The position numbers and the translations under genes are program-made. A stretch of 57,752 nt of DNA, filler included, from Basidioascus undulatus (lineage: Eukaryota): NCBI GenBank assembly GCA_000826855.1. It is 5 parts of 5 records of this genome, joined end to end, with 100 filler letters (N's around TTAATTAATTAA, not from the genome) between each part and the next. Parts side by side here need not be neighbours in the genome. Positions count along the whole stretch, not along the records: positions 46,298 to 57,752 come from JTLS01001005.1; 4 more parts are not named here. The stretch is one strand, 5' to 3'. The notes beneath the pieces were generated by a model. That model worked only from the letters and a program-made list of their open reading frames with translations. It searched no databases and was not told where the DNA came from. Shown here in pieces: positions 50,351 to 57,752 of this stretch. Numbering within the stretch: the stretch's first letter is position 1; the number at the start of each line of letters is the position of its first letter.

Positions 50351-52247
50351 AAAGGGAAGACATACAACAGTTGTCTCGACATAAAGCCCGGAGCCAATCC
50401 ATCAGAGATTGGCTCGGACCCGACACCAGCTGAGCGTGAGAAGCAAAGACCTAGTCACCTTGATGGACATGGAACGAATCGCCACTACTGACTTGATCTC
50501 GAGATTTTAGAAACACCCAGATACCTGGTTGAAGAAACGGGATAAGGGCCGGGCAATTGGAAGGCGGGAGCGGCAGCAAGTCCTCAGTCGTGTTTCATGG
50601 GTCGGATAGACCGATTAGCGTACGCAGCGGCGAGGGCAAGACGGGAGCCACATTTCTGCGCTTCAGTAAGAGCAGTTACAGTAAAGTTTCAAGATCTAAT
50701 GACTGTGAATCATCTTACAGCTAGCAAAAACTCTACAGGCCCGCCATCCGTCGAGGGGACGAACTTGAAATCGTATGCCGTTGCCTTTGAGCTGACTATC
50801 CCGTACCCGTGGTATCCAAGGAGAGCGCCGTCCGATTTACTGTATATGGCAATTGTTCCCAACACACTGTGGTTCGTGTAGTGGTTGAGCGTGTGGGCGA
50901 GCCAATCATTCCCCGGTCAAGAAGGAATCCGGCCCAAGGCACTCACGCCGCACCGGTCCCCCCCGGGGCGATGGAGGCCGAGGCTGGACTGCGGCCAGGC
51001 GACTCAGTGTGGGCTGTGAGCTCATAGGCCTCGAGTGGGTGCAAAAGTAGAATCATGAACTCGCGCGCTCTTTCTTCGCTGTGTCTCCTTGCAGGCTTCA
51101 ACAGCGTCAAGCCCCCCTTCAACCGCTCAGCATGAATGTCGGTTCTGCTGGTGTGAATTTGAGGCCCGCGTGGGTATCAGGCTCTCTCGCTCGGTGTGTG
51201 AGAGAGCGCCAAAAGAGATAGGAAGGAGAGGCCGATGAGGAAGGTGAGGAAGTGAGTGAAAGTGACGATGCGCATCGCGTGCGTAGAAATGAGCGTGCGG
51301 CAAGCGCTTGAGGTGGTGTTGGACAGAACAGCGTGGTGTTCAGAGACAAAGAAGAGTATGTTCGGTCAGAGTGCCAAACTGTCTCCTCAAAAGGGTGCTA
51401 TCATTCCCGATGCGAGACTGTACGGATCCCTTCACGCATTGAAGCACAGCGCGCAACTATTAAAATCTTCTCCTTTCATCCCACAAGCCACGCACTGACA
51501 TTGTCTAGGCTCAGCAGCACCTCGGGCAGCGTTTCTTCTGGCCACTGGGCCTCTTCACGGCTGGCTGTGAGGATTTCCAGGACAATATAAGAAGTATTTC
51601 AACAGGCAGCAGTATCACCTAAATGTGTCAATTCCATGGGCATCACAACCGTGAAGCGCGATGGACCAAGACAGTCACTGGACTGGAAGTCATACTGCAT
51701 TGAATCGTCGGCGACGGACTTGGGCCCTTATACAGCTTTGCCCTAACGCGCGAGGTGGTGCTCTGTTCCTTCTTTCTTTCTCTTTAGTGCACGCCAAATC
51801 CGAGCCTTGAACCGGCATTCCACACAAGAAAGTGGGCCGTAGAAGGCGCTCCGCCCGCTGTTTCCTGGACGTGAAATGTATATCCTGTTGGTCATCCAGC
51901 CTATAAAACGGAAACCGACCAATTGCATCCGGTGTCTGGTGATTCGGTACAGGCTTTCCTAGTGAGTCGTCGTGAAATTCACTAGGTTGGCTGCAAGCGA
52001 TAGGGCTGGGAGAGTCAGGAGGAGTGTTTGCCCTCGAGCGGCATTGCCAGAAACTCTGCCAGACAGCGGACGCTGCTCTACTCACCAGATTAGATGTTTG
52101 TCACAGAATGTACAAAATCAAAGAGCGGCTCAAGTATGGATGACGCGCGCAGTCAGCAATACCTCCAGTACCGTCGACGAACTACATCTCCCCGCCCTCA
52201 CCCAATCACAAATACGCCCGTCCTTCCCGTTCCCTTACCCTGCCCAT

Positions 52248-54582
52248 TTACCCCTTAGACCCCTCCACCACCTCCACCAAACCGCCCGTCACCGCACCCC
52301 ACCGCCCCCAAACACCTACCCACCACCCCAAAACCCTCGCCCTCCCCTCCCCCTCGGGCACGTTCCTCACGCCCTCAAAGCACGCCTTCAAGACCGCCTC
52401 CCTCTCTTTGTCCGCTCCCCTTCCTGCATCCGACCCTGAACCAGAGAGCTCCACCACCCTTCCCAGCATACCGAGCGCGGCGTCGATGAGGGCTGTGGGG
52501 ACGTGCGGGAGGAGGGAGGGGAGGGTGCGAGCGAATTTGTAACGCGTCTCGCGCGTCGAGAGGGCCTCTTCTGATGCTCTCGGGCGAGCGGAGTCGGGAG
52601 CGGCGTCGGGGCCGAAGGAGTGGGGGAGGGAAGAAGAGGCGGAGGGGGACGAGGAAGCAGAAAGCGCGACAAAACCCTCGAACAGCGCCTCAATCGCCCA
52701 GTACGCCTCGGGTAGGGAGTCGTGAGCAGTGAGGTACGACAGCGTCGAGCGGTACGCGAGCGCGAACTGGTCGGGGGAGAGGGAGGGGGCCATCTACCGC
52801 ATTCATTCTTTATTAAGCACCTCCATCTAGTGGAAATTCGAGGGAACGAGAAGGGGTAAGGGAGGACGCACGTCGAGGAGGGTGCGGATGTACCCCGGCG
52901 CGAGGTCGGTCGCTGAAGGAGTCGGGGCGGGGGAGGAAGCTGTAGACGCGAAGTATGCGAGTAGCACGGAGTGGGCGCCTTCGAATGTGGGGGTGTGGGT
53001 GGGGGCGCGGAGGTATCTACGTGTTCAAGGCCTCGTCAGTCCTCCCCTTCTTCTCACGGCGGGAAAGCCGGAAAGGGAGGGAGGAGGAAGTGGGCGGGAA
53101 GGACGGACGGTTCACACAGCGGCAGAATTCGCGCGTGTAAATACTGGGCGGGGAGGGCGGGGACGAGGTGCTCCACCACCACCAAAAGAAAAGCGAGCTT
53201 TGCGCGGCGGTGCGGCTCGGGTGGGTGCGGGGTGTCGTCTGTTTCCTCCCCAGCCCTTCTCATCAGCACCCTTGTTCCAAAAACCCCACCGATAACCAAG
53301 GACGTACCGAGCAAGCTAATCAGCTCCTCCAACCCCTCCCGCACGCCCTCCTCCCCGTTTTCCGCCGTAAATCCACCCAAAACATCGACCGCCCCAAGCA
53401 GCGCGCCATTCCACGCCTCCAGCCCGCCCCCGCCGAACCCGAACTGTTCCCCGACCCACGCGAAGTGCGTGAGCGTGCGCAAGACGCTCCTCGCGTGTTC
53501 CCCCGCGCGTGGGACGGCGTGCGCTGCGAGCGTCGGCAGGATAGAGGTAGTGAGGGGAAGGAGGAACGCGAAGAGGTGCGTTTTGAGGTGCGTCCATAGG
53601 GCTGTTAGGGCGGGTTTGGAGTCTACGTCGATGGCGTCGTCGCCCACCCCGCTCAGCCCGCTCCGGACCCACACGCCCTCCGTCCCCCGCGCCAGCCGCT
53701 CGAAAGCTCCAAGAACCTCTCCCATGGCCGCGCTCTGCGACTCCCCAGCCGGGGAGAGCTGCACGAGCTGCCCGGTCAGGCGCGCGAGGTGCGGCAGCGC
53801 AGCGTAGAAGGGCCGCGTGGGGAGGGAAAGGAGCGCCGTGCGGCTGGGGGGTTCGATGACGAGCTTGGGGGTGGGGGGTTGTGCAAGAGTGGAAAGGGAA
53901 GGGACGGGAGGTGGAGCGAGGGTGATGGAGAGGGCGCGCAGCAGGAGAGAAATGAGTGCGGGGAGCGGGAGGGCGCGGGTTTTGGCGTCGGGGAGGGAGG
54001 GGAGTGTGGAGAGGATGATATGGACGGGGGCGTGGAGTCGTTCTGTTGCGTACGCCTCAGTTTAGCCTTCCTTGTCATAATCGCGGGAAAAGAGACGAGA
54101 AACGCACCCGCATCATCCGGCACCTCCCCAAGCGCATCAAGCATCTCCGCAACCCCCACGACCCACTCATCCTCCGCCTCCACAACCTCCCTTCCCCTCA
54201 TTCCCACACCCCTAGCACCCTCCACCAACCCACCTACAAATGCCGCTCTCCTCTCCGGCCATCCCTCCAGCGCCCTCAGCGCGCGCACCACACCGCCCAA
54301 CCACGCCATCCCCTCCTTCTCCCTCTCCTTCGTTCCGCCCGCCCCGAAGCGGTAGTGCACCGCATCCCGCCCAAACGCGTGCAGGTCTAGCACCTGGATA
54401 TGCGGCGATGTGAGCGCCGCGTGCAAGATTGCCTGGAACGCGGGCGCGGACGGTGGGAGGGAGGCGAGTGTGGATGAGGCGAGGGCGGCGAGCTGTGTGG
54501 TGGGGATGGAGGGTGGGGAGGGCGAGGTGAGGAAAGTGAGGAGGTGGAAGAGCGCGTCGGTTGTTTGTGGTTGGGTGGACAT
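52248..54582 (-). CDS. PEX8: Peroxin Pex8 (Yarrowia Pex17-type) HEAT-like protein
   Basis: LWTHLKTHLFA; LRTLTHFAWV..FG..GLEAW; AKLAFLLVVVEHLV; FEGAHSVLLAYF; LAPGYIRTLL; LSPDQFALAY. Introns keep the frame open. Confidence 0.75.
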
Positions 54583-57500
54583 CGCTATCGTAAATGGGGA
54601 GTTGAGCGGGTTTGATGGCGAGCGCAGGCGAGCAACGAGGGAAGGAAGTAGGGGGGGGAAGACTGTCGGGCCCGGAGAGGTCAAGATGCCGGCCCTCGTG
54701 CAGGACGCCGGCTGCCAAAGATTGTTCGTTTGGGTTTGCCAATGAAGGAATGCCAATAAAATAGATATTCCATTGTAAGCCTTTTCTATATTCCACGCTT
54801 TCCTAACAGTCAAAGCACAATCTAGTATAACGCCTACATGAACCGTTTGAAGGACGCGGCCTTTCATGTCTTCGGGACTGTAACTGAAGAGTTGGATCCG
54901 ACTTTCCCCTCCTTCACACGATTGAAAGAAGTATAAATTGTGAAAGTTTGTGAATAAAGCGGGTTCTATGTATGGATCGTCCTCACAATCAAAGCTCCGG
55001 GGCCAGGCTTGAGCACAACATCTAGATCTACTGCCTGCATATAATGAACAAGTGCTTGGCTCCAAACTCTAGGACCATGTCTGGGAACATTTGTAAGAAA
55101 GGCAGTGCTAGTCCGTCACCTTCATATTCTCGCCTAAGCTCTCCAGCGTCTCCCACGAACTCTTGTGTCCACTTGAATAATCCTCCATCCAAATGTTACC
55201 CCCAATTTTACCCGCAGAATCACCACCTCCGAGCCGTCGCGTCCTTTACGCCCATGCGCTGGCTGCAGGTTGATGCTCATAGTGATTTGCGCAGCAGCCG
55301 CTGCCGCGACGCGGGTAACGTGGCTCCTGTGTTCCCTCCTCTTCCCGGGAGCTCTGGGCTGTGACTGATAGTGGGTCAGAGGGTGCGGAAAGGCCATAGT
55401 CAATGATGGGTATATTGCAAAGGTTCTTGTGGAGTTGCTGGGGGCGGTCGCGGCCGTGACCGCCTAGATGGACAGGCAGCCGCCCTCTTCTGGCTTGCTC
55501 TATTTCCGCATCTGGCTTATTCTTAACCTAAGAAAATCCTTTCCCCTCCTCTTACCCTAACTCTTTCCACGCTTGCTCGCTCGCTGAGTAAAGGGGACAA
55601 AGTCTGGTCTCTATCGCCTGACATTTGGCACACAATACGATGTCCGGTATCTCGCTGTTTGATGGAACAAGGGCCTCTTGAGAGAGTTTGTTTCAAGGGT
55701 GCACATGACTTTCACACATAGCCTGCAGCCAGTCAGGGCAATGCGCTCCCCGCGCCACACGACTTGCGTGTCTTCTTGCAAGACCGTTGACCCTCAAATA
55801 TTAAATGCTAGTGTATGCACATAGAAAATTAAGTAACTCTACAGCTCGTCCGGGAGTCTAAGTAACCTCGGACTTGTTCGAACACCAATGCCTGAAGCGA
55901 GATCAGCCTCCCGCCCCTGCGCTCACACTGACTGTAATGACCAGATACTCACCACCTCAAGCACGCACATTAGGCTGCCTGGAAATGGCTTGCGAGCTCC
56001 TGTATTTGGCAACGTCTCCGCGATCCTACTGCAGTCTGCACAGAAGCTGCGCGTGCAGGCTGCGGTTGTACAAGATCGTACAGTCACCAGAATACGTATC
56101 TGCCCGGACAGCTCGACAACAGACTGATAGGTAAACAGGGTCCTAGGATGCATCAGATACTTTCACTCGTCGGGATGCTCTCTAAAATTCTTCGACACTG
56201 ACTGTCCAGATAGCCCATCTCGTCCCTGTCTTCTGAAGCCGCGAAGACGACCGCGGGATTGGGCAAGTGTCACTTTCCCCCTTTCAACCTGTTCATTTGA
56301 AAGGGGTGCGTCAACATCAGGCGCCGGGCCTGACACCAGAAACACAAGGAGCAGGTTCCTGCACACACACAGCCCAGCGCCAACGCAGTTGACGGAAGCA
56401 CTCGGATGACTCCGGTGGGACAAGAACCGCTAGGCAAGATAAAAGGATGTTTGGTTTTCAATTTGAAAGAATTTCTAAGGACATGTGTGTAGTTGGAAGG
56501 TTTGGCACGCTGGCGCGTCCCCAATATGCGGCCTTATCGTCCTTACCCTGCCATTGCTTCTTCCTTTTCCTCTTAGGTTTACCGTCTCCCTCTACAGGTA
56601 CCACAGATTCCCTGCTCCTCGAACAACCGCCAGCGTATGTCCGCCTCCAATGTCATGGGGGGACCAGTCCCCGAACAGTCTGGATCCCAGACGAGCCCAC
56701 CGCCGAGAAGATCACCCCAAATAGCCCAGAGCAAACCAAGCACTCATGTACCTCAGTTGCTATAAGGAATCCACAGGTAAGGTTGCGGGTATCATCCTTG
56801 CCTTTTCTGCCCGCGGTCCGTACCTGTTGCAGTCGATGATCACGGAAACTGCAATTCCGGATCCGGATCAGATGTGCAGGACAAATTCTCTGCCCCTCAA
56901 TATTGATAAAGTAAGAGTCTTCAATGGAGAAAAAAACGTTCAGTAGGCGTGGGTCGCTGAAGTCCGATGATAGGGCATGCACAGCGTGCTACTCCCATCC
57001 CATCCTCGCTGCTTTCTCTGTCTACCTACAGGTCGGTAGATGTGCCACGCTCGGAGAAAGAAATAGTGGTCTATTACTAAGGCGCTCGTTCAGTTTTTAG
57101 GTCCAACATCAAAGATTTGCTTGGGGCTGCGCACTTACTCTGCACGGACGCAGTCCGCTGCAAGACACACCAAAGCTACGAATTTGCGCTCTTAACAGCG
57201 AGCACAAATCAGTCATATTTCACTCGCATACCACTGTGCAGCACCAACGCCCAGAGAACGAGGCCCAGAGGGTCTATGCCCACCCAATCTTCAACGTCGT
57301 CGAGCCGCGGCCTGTGAACATCAGACTTTGTAATCCTCCGAGAGAGGGATCAGTCAAGATTTGGGATGAACGGACTGTAGCTCGAGCAGGGCTTACGTGG
57401 CTGGAAAGACGAGGCTTCGAGGAGCTGCCCGGGGTAGGCGAGACCGGGCGAAATCGACTCTCCAGATCACTCGTTCGGCGGAAGAAAGCGGGTCCGTATT

Positions 57501-57752
57501 ACGTTAGTAAGTCCGGTGTACGGGGTGGAGGGCCAGTACACACATTCGCTCTATTGCGGCACAGACATCGAGCACCGTTACGCCGGAAGCAAGCGAATTG
57601 TCGAAAGCTGATTCTTGTCCAGGCAGATGTCCAGTTCGTTTAGTTCAATGAAGCAATGCAGCCGAGCGTGAGCTGCTCTCGCTCGGGCATCGCATCGCAT
57701 GGCATCGCCGTTGCGTTCGCACTCCAGCTTTCCTCCTCCCCTTCCCCTCTCC

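Noticed and set aside
50388..50418. GAGCCAATC-N7-GATTGGCTC hairpin
   Set aside because: An isolated 9-bp stem with no second copy or functional context.
54583..55065. In-frame N-terminal extension of PEX8 in the 429-aa ORF
   Set aside because: It starts at a non-ATG codon, is AT-richer and spans the pyrimidine-rich leader; the ATG at 54582 fits better.
55330..55470. IIDYGLS on the minus strand as a kinase DFG motif
   Set aside because: It is isolated, with no catalytic-loop or other kinase subdomain in frame.

Overview
This is intron-rich, GC-rich fungal DNA. Short introns of about 55-90 nt, mostly GTGCGT/GTGAGT donors, CTGAC/CTAAC branch points and the protein sequences suggest a basidiomycete, probably a Pucciniomycotina-type yeast. 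It is not one locus: five contigs of 11491, 11476, 11470, 11460 and 11455 bp (descending length) are joined by artificial 100-nt linkers, so adjacency across linkers means nothing. Conserved genes I recognise: VPS64/FAR10, a CAP64-like SGNH protein, IES2, RVB2, an RGF3/TUS1-type RhoGEF with two DH domains, a SWAP/SURP splicing regulator, BIG1/VOA1-like, an HDDC2-like nucleotidase, an isochorismatase, RAX1, NDUFA2, PEP7/rabenosyn, a secreted Ser/Thr-rich protein, PRE1 and PEX8. Between them lie several frameshifted relics of accessory genes (two F-box, LovD-like serine hydrolase, MYND finger, one unknown). The most notable observations are four. (1) The PEP7 FYVE domain keeps its PtdIns3P-binding motifs but has lost 6 of 8 zinc-ligand cysteines. 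(2) Two in-frame chimeric gene junctions lie near contig ends: GH5 glucanase exons run into the RhoGEF, and RCC1-like sequence runs into PEP7; these are exon shuffling or, more likely, misassembly. (3) The SWAP gene has a candidate poison splice site. (4) An ORF-less, motif-repeating 1.3 kb region follows PRE1. All family assignments come from motif recognition by eye, with no database searches.
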